A stretch of 64,000 nt of DNA from the NCBI RefSeq assembly GCF_001194135.2, contig NC_068981.1, positions 89,884,518-89,948,517 of the forward strand, in the 5' to 3' direction. The notes under the pieces are model-generated. The model made no database searches. It had not been told where the DNA came from and worked only from the letters and a program-made list of their open reading frames with translations. The DNA comes from Octopus bimaculoides. Taxonomy: Eukaryota. This document shows, one piece after another, positions 1 to 12,731 of this stretch (position 1 is the stretch's first letter; every line of letters starts with the position of its first letter). Both the position numbers and the translations under genes were made by a program.

Positions 1-215
1 TATATATATACAAACATATGTATCTATATGAGTTTATGTGTATGCACATGCGTAGACACTCACACGCTCACGCACACATCCACATATACGTATACATATA
101 CGCACGCCTGCAAAAGAGCACCGACACATATATGACATAGAGCGCGGATGGCATATGCAGATGTGATGTGTGTGCATATACACACACATATACACACACA
201 CAAACATATATATAC

Positions 216-256
<41 letters not shown>

Positions 257-300
257 CACGGACATATATATGCGCCTATGTTTGTATATATATGTGCATC

Positions 301-359
<59 letters not shown>

Positions 360-462
360 NNNNNNNNNNNNNNNNNNNNNNNNNNNNNNNNNNNNNNNNN
401 NNNNNNNNNNNNNNNNNNNNNNNNNNNNNNNNNNNNNNNNNNNNNNNNNNNNNNNNNNNNNN

Positions 463-512
<50 letters not shown>

Positions 513-1147
513 TACATATTCATATTTATACACAACAAACAGTATATAAACACCATGAACAGCATGCAACAGATACAAATTATATATATTTATGAGAAAA
601 TTTTTTTTTAAATATAAAAGACACAAATTATGCACGCGATTAAATATTAATTAAAAAAAAACACTAGGAAACCAAACAAGCAATGCTATCCACACAAGTA
701 GTGGGAAGATGAAAGCAAAATCAGGTGAACCCAGAAATCTACCCAGGTTCAGCCCCGAGCACCCCAGCTTTCTTTTGGTTGCACCTACTCGGCAAAATTT
801 AATCGGTGATCCCCTTATACAGACAGATGTCGTCAGTTGCACACATCTGTCAGTAAATTTACTAAGGTTAGTGGTGGTAGCTAATTGTCCATCCATATAT
901 TTCGTTTTATGAGGGGGAGTTGATGAGGGCTTGATCGAAAAAGAAGGGTATTTGCCGTATTAGGTTTCTGGAGGATAATGAAACGAAAATATGTAAAAAT
1001 ATTTTAAAATATGTAAAAAGATGCAAGTAAAAAATTATGAGCCCAAAAGTACAAGGATTAACATAGTATCCGCAACATATAGAAGACAGCACTACTCAGT
1101 ATGTATGTGTGTGTATATATATATGTATATATACATATATATGTGCT

Positions 1148-1180
<33 letters not shown>

Positions 1181-1631
1181 NNNNNNNNNNNNNNNNNNNN
1201 NNNNNNNNNNNNNNNNNNNNNNNNNNNNNNNNNNNNNNNNNNNNNNNNNNNNNNNNNNNNNNNNNNNNNNNNNNNNNNNNNNNNNNNNNNNNNNNNNNNN
1301 NNNNNNNNNNNNNNNNNNNNNNNNNNNNNNNNNNNNNNNNNNNNNNNNNNNNNNNNNNNNNNNNNNNNNNNNNNNNNNNNNNNNNNNNNNNNNNNNNNNN
1401 NNNNNNNNNNNNNNNNNNNNNNNNNNNNNNNNNNNNNNNNNNNNNNNNNNNNNNNNNNNNNNNNNNNNNNNNNNNNNNNNNNNNNNNNNNNNNNNNNNNN
1501 NNNNNNNNNNNNNNNNNNNNNNNNNNNNNNNNNNNNNNNNNNNNNNNNNNNNNNNNNNNNNNNNNNNNNNNNNNNNNNNNNNNNNNNNNNNNNNNNNNNN
1601 NNNNNNNNNNNNNNNNNNNNNNATATATATG

Positions 1632-1826
1632 ATGAGTTTCTTAAAGTTTCCGTTAACCAAATCCACTCACAGGGCTATAGAAGACGGAGCTATAGAAGAC
1701 GGGGTTATAGAAGACGGGGCTATAGAAGACGGGGCTACAGAAGACACTTGCCCAAGTTGCATGCAGAAGGATTGAAACCGGAGCCATGTGGTGGTGAAGC
1801 AAACGTCTTACCGCACAGCCATTCCT
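1632..1826 (-). mobile_element. SINE family A (tRNA head + CORE-like box), 5' part, with internal 15-bp tandem expansion
   Basis: Matches the full copy at 63406-63830 (caaatccactcaca...agaagacacttgcccaag...ccatgtgg...ttaccgcacagcc). Five units of ggggctatagaagac at 1672-1745. Confidence 0.85.
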
Positions 1827-2028
1827 ATTATTATTATTATCATTATTATTATTATTATCATCATCATCATTATTATTATTTTCTATCTTATTGCTATATA
1901 CTATATATACTTCACTTATTTTAATGTATGCTGTGTATACTTTGTTTTTCATTCCATTATATGTAAACACCCACACTTAATGTCTGTATTATTCCCCGCA
2001 TCCTTCGCCCTGATGGCAAATAAAGGAA

Positions 2029-2178
<150 letters not shown>

Positions 2179-2189
2179 ATTAAGCCAGT

Positions 2190-2395
2190 TTGCTTGCGGA
2201 ATCGTTAGCAAGCAGGGCGAAATGCTTACCGGTATTTCGACCGTCTTTACGTTCTGGGTTCAAATTCTGCCGAGGTCGACTTTGCTTCTCATCCTTTCAG
2301 GTTCGACAAAATAAGTACCAGTGAAACACTGGGGTCGATATCATCGACTCATCCCTTCCCCCCAAAATGGCTGCCCTTGTGGCAAAATTTGAAAC

Positions 2396-2397
<2 letters not shown>
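2190..2397 (+). mobile_element. SINE family B (tRNA-like head, ttcatcctttc-gtcgataaaataagtacc central box)
   Basis: gttcaaattctgccgaggtcgactttgc...tcatcctttc...aaaataagtaccag...ggggtcgat, shared with more than 10 other copies in the window. Followed by an (ATT)n tail. Confidence 0.85.
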
Positions 2398-2441
<44 letters not shown>

Positions 2442-2501
2442 GCTGTTGTTGTTGTTGTTGTTGTTATTATTATTATTATTATTATTACTACTACTACTAC
2501 G

Positions 2502-2549
<48 letters not shown>

Positions 2550-2560
2550 ATTATTATTAG
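2398..2560. repeat. Compound (ATT)n(GTT)n(ACT)n microsatellite between two family B SINEs
   Basis: Directly visible. Confidence 0.95.
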
Positions 2561-2561
2561 T

Positions 2562-2770
2562 CTGGCAGATTCGTTAGCACGCTGGACAAAATGGTTAGCG
2601 GTATTTAGTCCGTCCTTACGGTCTGAGTTCAACTTCTGCTGAGGTCAACTTTGGCTTTCATCCTTTCGGTGTCGATAAAATAAGTTACCGGAGTTAAGTT
2701 CTGGAGTTAATGTAAATCGACTATCCGCCTTCCTTTCAAATTTCAGGCCTTGAGCCTATGGTGGAAAGGA
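2562..2770 (+). mobile_element. SINE family B copy
   Basis: ctggcagattcgttagcacg...gagttcaacttctgctgaggtcaactttggctttcatcctttcggtgtcgataaaataag...aaatttcaggccttg...ggattattatt. Confidence 0.85.
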
Positions 2771-3563
2771 TTATTATTAACATATAATATTAATAATAAA
2801 ACAATAGTGATATTGTCGTTTAGTTCCAGGATCAGCCCTTATTGCGCACACTCATGATCAAAGACATATTAGCCATGACCACATCGACCTTTTTTATGTG
2901 TCTATCTAAGACTGCATCAACAAAATGTCTCTTTTTCTTATTAATAACTGTAAGAGATTCGGCTATTACATCTAGTAGCCGAAGCTATTACATACAAGCC
3001 CTCTTGTTGGCTTGTAAAAATACTGCATAATAAGGGCTGGTGTGCCATAACCAGTATTATAAAGGGTTAAACAAAGAAAATGTTGAACACGAATGCGTAG
3101 GAGGAATACATTTATATAAAAGATAATATGGGAATGGGTGTTGAATATTCAAAATGACAGAGGTAGGAGCTATGTTGTTTGTGTAGTAATGGCTATGTAA
3201 GAGTAGCGCATTTCAGAATATAGTGTAAAGTGGAACGTGATAAAAGAACGAACGAATGAACGAATAGAAGAATGAACGAATGAATGAATATTGGAAGAAA
3301 AGAGATTTCAGAATATGGTGTAGAGTTGAATGTAATAAAGAAGGAAGAAAAGAGAGGAAGAAGGAAAGGAAGGAAGAAAGAAAAGTACGATTGATAGAAT
3401 GACAGAATCAATGAATAAATTTAAGAATGACTTATTAAAAGAATTGAATTAATGAAAAATGCAGAAGAAAGGAAATTTCATAATAAAGTGTCAAGGGGAA
3501 CGGAATAAAGAAAGAAGGAAAGAAAATGAAAGGAAGGGAGAATGAATGGGTGAATGGAAATGA

Positions 3564-3564
<1 letters not shown>

Positions 3565-3621
<57 letters not shown>
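3565..3621. repeat. (GAAA)n microsatellite
   Basis: Directly visible. Confidence 0.95.
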
Positions 3622-3623
<2 letters not shown>

Positions 3624-4020
3624 GAAAGTAGTCGAGCAAAAGAAGAGGAATGGATAGATAGAGGGAGAAAGACAAAGAGATGACGAAATGGTGCGACAAA
3701 GACAGTGTGCGTGTGTGTGCGTGTGTGGGGGAAGAGAGAGAGAGAGAAAAGAGAAAGAAAGAGGCGAACAGACAGAGGAAAATAGGGAGAGCAAGCGAGA
3801 GTGTAACAGAGAAACAAGAGTGTGTAAGAGGTTGACAGACAGACAGACAGAAACGATATACCGAGGTAAAAAGACAGAGAGTCAGATACTGAAAAATATT
3901 TTGCAGTTGTGAGATGGGGTAGGCATCGCCCTGCAAGTCATTGATGCGTGGTTCGAACCCACCATCGATATCATTAGCATGAGATCGGTGCAGAACTACG
4001 CATCGATTTCATACTATATC

Positions 4021-4384
4021 CTTTTCTACTCCAGGCACAAGGCTCGAAATTTGGGGGGAGGAGGCCAGTCGATTAGATCGACCCAGTACGCAACTGATAC
4101 TTAATTTTTCGACCCCAAAGGATGAAAGGTAAAGTCGACTTCGGCGGAATTTGAACTCAGAACGTAAAGACAGACGAAATACCACTAAGCATTTCGCCCG
4201 ACGTAGTAACGCTTCTTGTTTCTTTATTGCCCACAAGGGGCTAAACATAGAGGGGACAAACAAGGACAGACAAAGGGGTTAAGTCGATTACAACGACCCG
4301 AGTGCTTCGCTGGTACTTAATTTATCGACCCCCGAAAAGATGAAAGGCAAAGTCGACCTCGGCGGAATTTGAACTCAGAACGTA
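4021..4384 (-). mobile_element. Two tandem SINE family B copies with different 3' tails (second runs into a gap)
   Basis: gatgaaagg..aaagtcgac.tcggcggaatttgaactcagaacgta occurs twice (about 4120-4165 and 4340-4384). The tails differ (ggcacaaggctcgaaattt versus gcccacaaggggctaaacatagagggg). Confidence 0.85.
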
Positions 4385-4835
4385 NNNNNNNNNNNNNNNN
4401 NNNNNNNNNNNNNNNNNNNNNNNNNNNNNNNNNNNNNNNNNNNNNNNNNNNNNNNNNNNNNNNNNNNNNNNNNNNNNNNNNNNNNNNNNNNNNNNNNNNN
4501 NNNNNNNNNNNNNNNNNNNNNNNNNNNNNNNNNNNNNNNNNNNNNNNNNNNNNNNNNNNNNNNNNNNNNNNNNNNNNNNNNNNNNNNNNNNNNNNNNNNN
4601 NNNNNNNNNNNNNNNNNNNNNNNNNNNNNNNNNNNNNNNNNNNNNNNNNNNNNNNNNNNNNNNNNNNNNNNNNNNNNNNNNNNNNNNNNNNNNNNNNNNN
4701 NNNNNNNNNNNNNNNNNNNNNNNNNNNNNNNNNNNNNNNNNNNNNNNNNNNNNNNNNNNNNNNNNNNNNNNNNNNNNNNNNNNNNNNNNNNNNNNNNNNN
4801 NNNNNNNNNNNNNNNNNNNNNNNNNNNNNNNNNNN

Positions 4836-4895
<60 letters not shown>

Positions 4896-5083
4896 AGATG
4901 GTGATAGAGATAAATAGATAGATATGCTGAGAGACAGAGAGAGATAGACGGAAAGAGAGAAACAAAAAGGACGGACAAATAGGCAGACATACACACGCGC
5001 GCGCACAGAGAAACGGAGAGACAGAAGTACTGAGCAACAGATTCTGTGTGTGTGTGTCTGTAGGAGAGAGGGGAGGGAGAAGA

Positions 5084-5122
<39 letters not shown>

Positions 5123-5841
5123 TATAGAGGATTGCCAACCAAAGGGTGAGATTGCAACACAAAGAAGGAAACAGAAAGAAGTAGTGAAAGAGAAACTAAG
5201 AAAGAAAAGTGAGAAATAGAGAAAGAAACGAGAGATAATGTGTGTGTATGTGAGAGGGAGAGAGAGAGAGTAAGAGAGGGTAGTGAGAGGCAGAGAAAGA
5301 GAGCGAGAGACAGACAAACAGAAAAGATACCCAGAGACTGAAACAGAGAGAGAGAGGGGTAATTAGAAGTGACACGGTGAAAGAAAGATCTTAGAGAGAG
5401 AGAGAGGATGAGAAAAGGGGTAACGGAGAATTAGAAAGATGAAGCTAATTTTTTTTTTTTTGAATCGTAAGGATTCATGATACTCATGTCTATCTCCGGT
5501 GTCCATTGCTAAAATCGATTGCGGAATAAATCTTTTTCTGGATAGGATGTAGTTAAATATTGGGCCCTAAAAATGGTATATTGCATACTGGTGACAGTGT
5601 GTTTATAGTTGTGGAAGATCTAACTCTGAGCCCGATCTCATGCGACAAATTAATCTAAAACATTCCAAACTGTTTTATTGGTGCGTTTAGGATTACATCA
5701 TCCAAAGAGCTTTCTTTTCCCCGACACTATAGGCTGTGAGTTGAGGGAGTTTTATTTCTAGTATATTGATCGCCCACGTAAAATGCTCTCTTACTGGGTC
5801 TGGAAGATAGCTGGATAAGCAAATAGATGGCTAGCTGACTG

Positions 5842-5843
<2 letters not shown>

Positions 5844-5925
<82 letters not shown>
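5844..5925. repeat. (GATA)n(GACA)n microsatellite
   Basis: Directly visible. Confidence 0.95.
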
Positions 5926-6099
5926 GTGTATGGCAAGAGCCTTTATTTATAATTAGGGGAGTCAATCTCTAGTTTTGAACAAAGTCATTTTTTCCCAGAG
6001 AGAAAGTGCTTGTACGTATGTGTGCGCGCGCACGTGCATTTGTGTGTGTTTGTGTGTATGTGTATGCATAAGCACATTCGTGAGAAAAAGAGGGAGGGG

Positions 6100-6250
6100 A
6101 AAGAGAGAAAAATCGTCTTCAGTACTTTATCAAACCCGAAAGGATGAAAGGCAAAGTTGACCGCGGCGGGATTTGAATTGAAAGTGTTGGGGGTTGAAAC
6201 GAATACCTCCAAAGCATTCTGACAGATTCTCTAACGAAACTACCGATCTA
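6100..6250 (-). mobile_element. SINE family B, partial
   Basis: agtactttatcaaacccgaaaggatgaaaggcaaagttgaccgcggcgggatttgaa. Confidence 0.75.
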
Positions 6251-7198
6251 CCGCCTTATATATGCATGGATTGATAGATAGATGATCAAGTATATGTGTG
6301 GTTTTTTATGTCTTCATGGATTTCGCAGGCTATCGAAGACTGGCAGTATTAATTTGGTTGATATTCAGTTAAGAAATCTGTAAATCAACTTCTGCAGGAA
6401 TAATGTGACTGGACAGAGAGTTTCAATGGTTTCAAACGATTATACACAGAACTACGCTTCCCTATTCTAGTTCCGTCATGAACAGACATCACTTGGAGAT
6501 GACTTTATTCTAATTTTCTGCACACACACACACACACACACACACATTCATGCCCTGATAAATATCTGCACATGCACTTCATACCGTCCCTTTTCCATCC
6601 ATCTGTCCCACAACCATACATAATGAAGATGTCTTGATTACTCAGAAAACTAACACTTTCTTTCCTATTACATCATTAACACCTTCATGAACATGTCGTA
6701 CCTTATTTTTGTGTCAGTAGTACACCAGACTAATATGTCATTATCGAACACGCAATTGTAGTATTAAGTCATTAACTTTTCAACTAATATCAATACCTCA
6801 AGCAATTATTTTCTTTTTCGCACTTTCCGCTCTTACATATACACGCGCTATCTCACACCACGCACACATTGAACGTCTCACTTTTACACACACACACACA
6901 CACATACATTTACATGGAGAAATTCTCCGCTCTAACAAATACATATCTAAATATATACATATTACAAAGCTCCACACGTCCACTCTTCTTTGCTAGAAAC
7001 CACTTATCCTCACATACTTCCTTTCCATCATTATTCCTCCAGCTTCCATTTCCACAATCACTCGTACACTCTTTCTACACAATATTTTCCCCTCTTCTTC
7101 TGCGATCTTGTATGTGTGTTTTTGCGTGAGTGTGTGTTTGTGTGTGTGTGAGAGAGAGAGAGAGTGTGTGTATGTGTGTGTGAGAGAGAGAGAGAGAG

Positions 7199-7245
<47 letters not shown>

Positions 7246-7540
7246 ATGCATGTGTCTGAGTTTTTCTGAACAAAATAAGTTTGTTGGATTGTGTTGCTAG
7301 TCCCAGATTTGTCAAGATCCAACAAACCTATTACCAAAAGCATTGTAGCTGTGACAAACCTTTTTTCTGCATATCGTGCCCAATGAACAATTTTTTCAAA
7401 AGATAGCACAGCTATGATTTAAGGGACATCTGGCTGCTATTTCAAGCTGTACGCGAGACAATGTAGAGGTCATTTCGTTGACAAATAGCGTTATTGTAGT
7501 TGTTGTTTCACCTAGATGTGCCCTGCTTGGATAAATCTAT

Positions 7541-7711
7541 ATTTATTCACATCATTTTGAATTAATCATGCATTATCTTGCAGCTTTGAGGTTTCGATAG
7601 TATGACTGTTTATGTCTAGGATGATATTGTAGGTTAGGTGTGAAAGGCTGGATCTCGCCATTTCGAATATAAACCAGCCTATTATGGCTGGTTTAAATGC
7701 TAAAGGGTTAA
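7541..7711. mobile_element. Probable piggyBac-type MITE end (AGGG-TTAA terminus)
   Basis: Ends aaatgctaaagggTTAA, which is TTAA-CCCT on the other strand. A similar end occurs at 3061-3070. The second TIR was not found. Confidence 0.4.
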
Positions 7712-8461
7712 GATAATAGAGTATGATATAAATGAGACTCCTAGCAGGTCGAGCGACCACACAGGGAAACAGAAATCCCTAGTAGTTAAAGGAGTTAAGT
7801 AGATGTGTAATCAATTGAATTCATAAAGACTGAATTGGTTATTTATACATTGTTACTTTTAGCTGCAATTCTCTTGTTTCCGATATCATTGCTCTTGTTG
7901 CATACGCTGTTGTTTAGTGCGAGCTCAACTCTGGTTGAGCAGATCAATGATTTAAGACATTGTAACCGTGACTATCACGTCTATACAGACATGTCCCAGA
8001 ATACAATTCCGAATATGTACTCACCTCCTTTTCTTGTAAAATCTCTTCTTTAAAGACCGGAGTTAAATGAGCCTCATTTGACAATTATGTGGGCGATTTC
8101 GATACGCTTGAAATCCATTATTTTGAGCAGGTTAGACACATAACTATAGTCTACTAGTACTCCAGACTTAGCTTTCGATTCGTAAGATTGCAGAAAAGCA
8201 TTCACAAAGCAAAACTAGAGCCAGAGACCATAACTGTTTCAACGTATTATCTCTCTACTCTTTCGAACGTTGAAGAATGATGATATCATATTATGTATAA
8301 GGGGAAATTTCTTGAAAATATTGTTCCAAATTTTGGCAACTAAGACTATAAAGAAAACGTTTTGCACTGAAATGTCCTCAATTCTACCACTATTTCCCCA
8401 AAATGATTATGAAAACTAACCTATTTTTTATCTGAGACTTTAAACAGGTATATCTATTTTA

Positions 8462-8714
8462 CTTGATTCAGCCATTAGGCTTTCAGTTAAACAGATCAGT
8501 CACTCTACTTATTTTTAAATCTGGTACTTATTCTATCAAGTTCTTTTGTCGAATCAACTGGCTTTCGCAAATTCTACCAAATTCACTCACAAAGCATTTG
8601 TCGACCCGGGAATATAGTGGAAGACACTAACCTAAGGTGCCGCACAGTAGGACTGATCCCGTAACCACGTGGTTGCAAATCGAGTTTCATAATCACACAG
8701 TTATGCCTGCGCCT
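8462..8714 (-). mobile_element. SINE family A, decayed copy
   Basis: ccaaattcactcacaaagc...tatagtggaagacac...aaggtgccgcacagtaggactga...accacgtggttg...cctgcgcct aligns by eye with 63406-63830. Confidence 0.75.
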
Positions 8715-9734
8715 TTCACTTAAAGATATCTGAATGTACTACTCTCTAACACACCAGATCAACAACTTGAAAACTGCTACAACCAAAGCAGAGCAACTTC
8801 CACATATTTTTATATCACCTCGGCAGTGGTTAGAGTGTGAGATAGAATGTCCTGTAAGAGTTGTTTCGATTCACTGAGTCCCGAGTTCAAATGCCGCCCA
8901 CATAATTTTGCTTTTCTTCCTTTCATGGCCGATTTAAAAAAAGCAATGATTACCAACCCAGGATAGTAGGCTTGTGCAACTGTTAACATTTAGAAGCAGA
9001 TACCATACAGTATTTGCGTTTTGACTTCAAATCATGCCATAGCCTATATGGGTCTTAGAATTAATCACCGTCGCCTAGTTTTGCAAGAAAATTATCTCCA
9101 CATTGGATGACTTTAGCGGAACTCATTTTTTTGCAAACATTCGGGTCAGGCTTCCTGTTCTTCTTCTTGCCAATCTTGGATCATGAGTATTATGGTACAG
9201 TCTTCCCTCTTGAATAAAAAAAAATAAGAAAGAAAAAGCTGAGGAACCTAATACGTGCATTTGACCTTTGGATACACGCAAAATACATAGGACATTCAAA
9301 TCTGAGGGCGATACTCCAGCGTGGTAGTGGCTGTTATAACTTAACAAAATAAAGAGCTGAAGAATGGTAACATATCAGATTTCATCATCGTTGTCATATT
9401 CACTGCTGACAATGCTATCGTCGCTGGTGTCGTCGCTGTTATCGTTTTGTCTTCGTCATTGCTATCTTCGTCATCATCGTTGTCATGGTTGCTATTTTCT
9501 TATTGCTGTTTCCCCTGTCAATGTCGGCGTCATCATCATCTTCTTTGTCACTGTTTTCATCACCGTCGACACATTCCTTATTGATATAATTGTTATTACT
9601 GTTGTTATATTTGCTGTTGTTTAAATGATCCACTCATATCTATTCAAAGACACAGAATCTAGGAGGAGAAGAAACTAATCAACTACTAGATGGGTCGTCA
9701 ACTCATGAGTTCAACAACCCATATAGGTGCACGT

Positions 9735-10330
9735 ATGAAGATTAGGAATGATGGATAGAGTAAATAAGAAATACGGAATGAATGAGAAATATAGGATGAC
9801 TGAGGAACATAGGATGAATGAGAAATACAGAATGAATGAGAAATATTGGATGAATGATAAATATAGAATGAATGAGGATGAGTGATAAATATAGGAGGAA
9901 TGAGAAACATAGGATGAATTAGAAATAAAGAATGATGACTGAGGAGTACAGAATGAATGAAAAGTACTGGATGAATGAGAAATATAGAATGAATGAGGAA
10001 TGTAAGCGAATAAGAAATATAAACAGAGGTGAATTATAGGATGAATGAGAAGTATAGGGTGAGAAATATAGAATGAATGAAAATATGGAATGAATGAGAA
10101 ATATGAAATGAATGAGATACATATGGTGAATGAGAAATAAAGAATGAATGAGATATATGGAATGAATGAGAAATGTAGGATGGATGAGAAATAGAGGCTG
10201 AGTGATAAATATGGAATGAAAGAGATACTTGATGAATAAGAGAGAAAATAAATATTTATAAAAGAAAAATTGAAATAAATGGAGTAGAGATGGGAAAGAC
10301 ATTTGAACGAATGAAACGAATGGAAAATTG
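9735..10330. repeat. Degenerate ~19-20 bp minisatellite (gaatgaatgagaaatatag-like)
   Basis: Repeated atgaatgagaaata units with variants over about 600 bp. Confidence 0.85.
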
Positions 10331-10901
10331 CAATAACAAAACAGGAAAGAGACTGAAAGAAATGAAAAAATAAATTTACAAAAAATGCTAAAACAAAATA
10401 TAAAAGCAAAAAAATGATGGAAATTAAGTACCTAAGCAGCTTCTCCCTACCATATTCATGTCATGAATCCACTTCAAAGGTGTATGAATATCTTTTAATC
10501 TCATTTCCCTACTAAGATATATTCTGGCCTAGAGGCTAAGAAAATCTCTTTGCGACATATTCGTTTATTCGAAGCTCCGAGTTTCTCGCTCCTATGCGGT
10601 CGTTCAGACGACAAATAGATCTCCAATAAATCAATAAATTCTACACAAATGTTCACCAATCCACAAACCTCACTACATATATTCGTTTGTTCCTCTCATT
10701 TGTCTCTATCTCCTACTCACCCTCTCTCACTTCTCTCTCCCCCTCTCTCTCTATCTATATATACATATATATACATATATATGTACATACATATATGTAA
10801 ATATGTACGTGTATGTGTGTGCATACATATATGTAAATATGTACGTGTATGTGTGTGCGTATGTACGTATGTATATATATATATATATGTATATGTATAT
10901 A

Positions 10902-10937
<36 letters not shown>

Positions 10938-11554
10938 TATACATGTATAGGCAAATTTTGTATATATAACACAAGTAAGACAAACAAAGAAATAATAAGT
11001 CAGACAAGTGAAAGCTCGTATATGAAAAAGAGTAGAAATATAAAACAGAGACAACAATCAAAGGTGTGTAGAATAAACATAAATAAGCCAACGGGAGAAA
11101 AAAAAGTAATTTAATGTTTCAGTTGATACTCTTTGACAAAGGGAAGAAATATATATACATATATATATANNNNNNNNNNNNNNNNNNNNNNNNNNNNNNN
11201 NNNNNNNNNNNNNNNNNNNNNNNNNNNNNNNNNNNNNNNNNNNNNNNNNNNNNNNNNNNNNNNNNNNNNNNNNNNNNNNNNNNNNNNNNNNNNNNNNNNN
11301 NNNNNNNNNNNNNNNNNNNNNNNNNNNNNNNNNNNNNNNNNNNNNNNNNNNNNNNNNNNNNNNNNNNNNNNNNNNNNNNNNNNNNNNNNNNNNNNNNNNN
11401 NNNNNNNNNNNNNNNNNNNNNNNNNNNNNNNNNNNNNNNNNNNNNNNNNNNNNNNNNNNNNNNNNNNNNNNNNNNNNNNNNNNNNNNNNNNNNNNNNNNN
11501 NNNNNNNNNNNNNNNNNNNNNNNNNNNNNNNNNNNNNATATATATATATATATA

Positions 11555-12731
11555 CAGTGTTGGACAAAATAATGGAAACACCTAGTATCATAGCATCATA
11601 ATTTTGAAATATCTATAAAACCGTCAAAAGCTTGTTTATTTTTATGTTTTTGATTTATTATAAGTGTTACTTAATATCGTTTGCTAAAATGGCTGTTTCT
11701 TTTCAGATGTCATCAGAAAAAGGTAATTAAAATTCATTAAAATGACAGATCTATCGGACTTTCAAAAAGGTCAAATTGTTGGTGCTCGTGTGGCAAGCGT
11801 TACCATAACGAAAACAGCCAAAATGTTTGGTGTATCAAGAAGTACTGTCTCGAGAGTAATGATAGCTTTGAGAAAGAGGGAAAAACCTCCTCGTCGAAAC
11901 AAAACTTCGGAAACAAACCAAAATTTTCAGATGGAAACCGTCGGACTCTTACGCGAATTGTTAGAAAGGATTACAAAAGTACCGCTTCCAAAATTACTGC
12001 AGAGCTTAATGGTCACATCGAGAACCAGTTTCGAAACAAACTGTTCGCCGGGAGCTGTACAAAGCCTGATTTCACGGGAGTGCTACAATCAGAAAACCAC
12101 TAATTTCAAACCAAACATTGCAGAGCGTTTAGAGTGGAGTAAAATCCTGCAAAGAATTGGTCCCTAGAGCAGTGGAAGAATGTTATTTTCTCGGACTAGA
12201 CATCCATTACCTTTTTTCCGACCACCGGCCGAGTATACGTGTGAAGACAGCAAAAAGAAACATTTGACCTAGAAGGCAGTCTGCCTTCTTCCAATTGTTA
12301 AACATGGAGGAGGTCTGTGATGATCTGGGGNNNNNNNNNNNNNNNNNNNNNNNNNNNNNNNNNNNNNNNNNNNNNNNNNNNNNNNNNNNNNNNNNNNNNN
12401 NNNNNNNNNNNNNNNNNNNNNNNNNNNNNNNNNATCCTATGGTTGCGGAACTGTTTCCGGAGGGAAACGTTATCTTTCAGGATGATAATGCACCAATTCA
12501 CACAGCTAAAGTTGTTACTGAATGGCACGCGGAACATTCTAGTGAAGTCACTTTCACATCTTATCTGGCCACCACAGTCCCCAGATTTCAATGTTATTGA
12601 GCGTTTATGGTGCATTTTAGAAAAGCAAGTAAGGAGTCGATATCCTCCACCATCATCACTACAAGAACTGGAGACTGTTTTAGCTGAAGAATGGACAAAA
12701 ATTCCTTTGGAAAGAATTCAGACTTTGTACG
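11555..12731 (+). mobile_element. Tc1-like DNA transposon (IS630-Tc1-mariner), degenerate transposase; 3' end lost in gap
   Basis: TA|CAGTGTTGGACAAAATAATGGAAACACC left end. N-terminal HTH MTDLSDFQKGQIVGAR..FGVSRSTVSRV from 11742. EQWKNVIFSD*, VKHGGG-SVMIW, IFQDDNAPIH and WPPQSPDFNVIERLW motifs, with several frameshifts and stops. Confidence 0.93.

Noticed and set aside
651-1092. Short ORFs on both strands in unique-looking sequence
   Set aside because: No recognisable motif and no convincing splice-site pair.
34-1924. Long ORFs such as 1109..1924, and all other ORFs running through N blocks or (TA)/(TG)/(CA) tracts
   Set aside because: They are open only because N codons and dinucleotide repeats lack stops. 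The peptides are YI/CV/HT repeats.
3915-3970. tRNA-like T-arm (gtgg-ttcgaac-ccac)
   Set aside because: No complete cloverleaf or acceptor stem. More likely an eroded SINE head than a tRNA gene.
8056-8130. Possible 75-nt exon (PELNEPHLTIMWAISIRLKSIILS) between taaAG and GTTAGA
   Set aside because: Weak donor and unrecognised peptide. Expected by chance in 64 kb.
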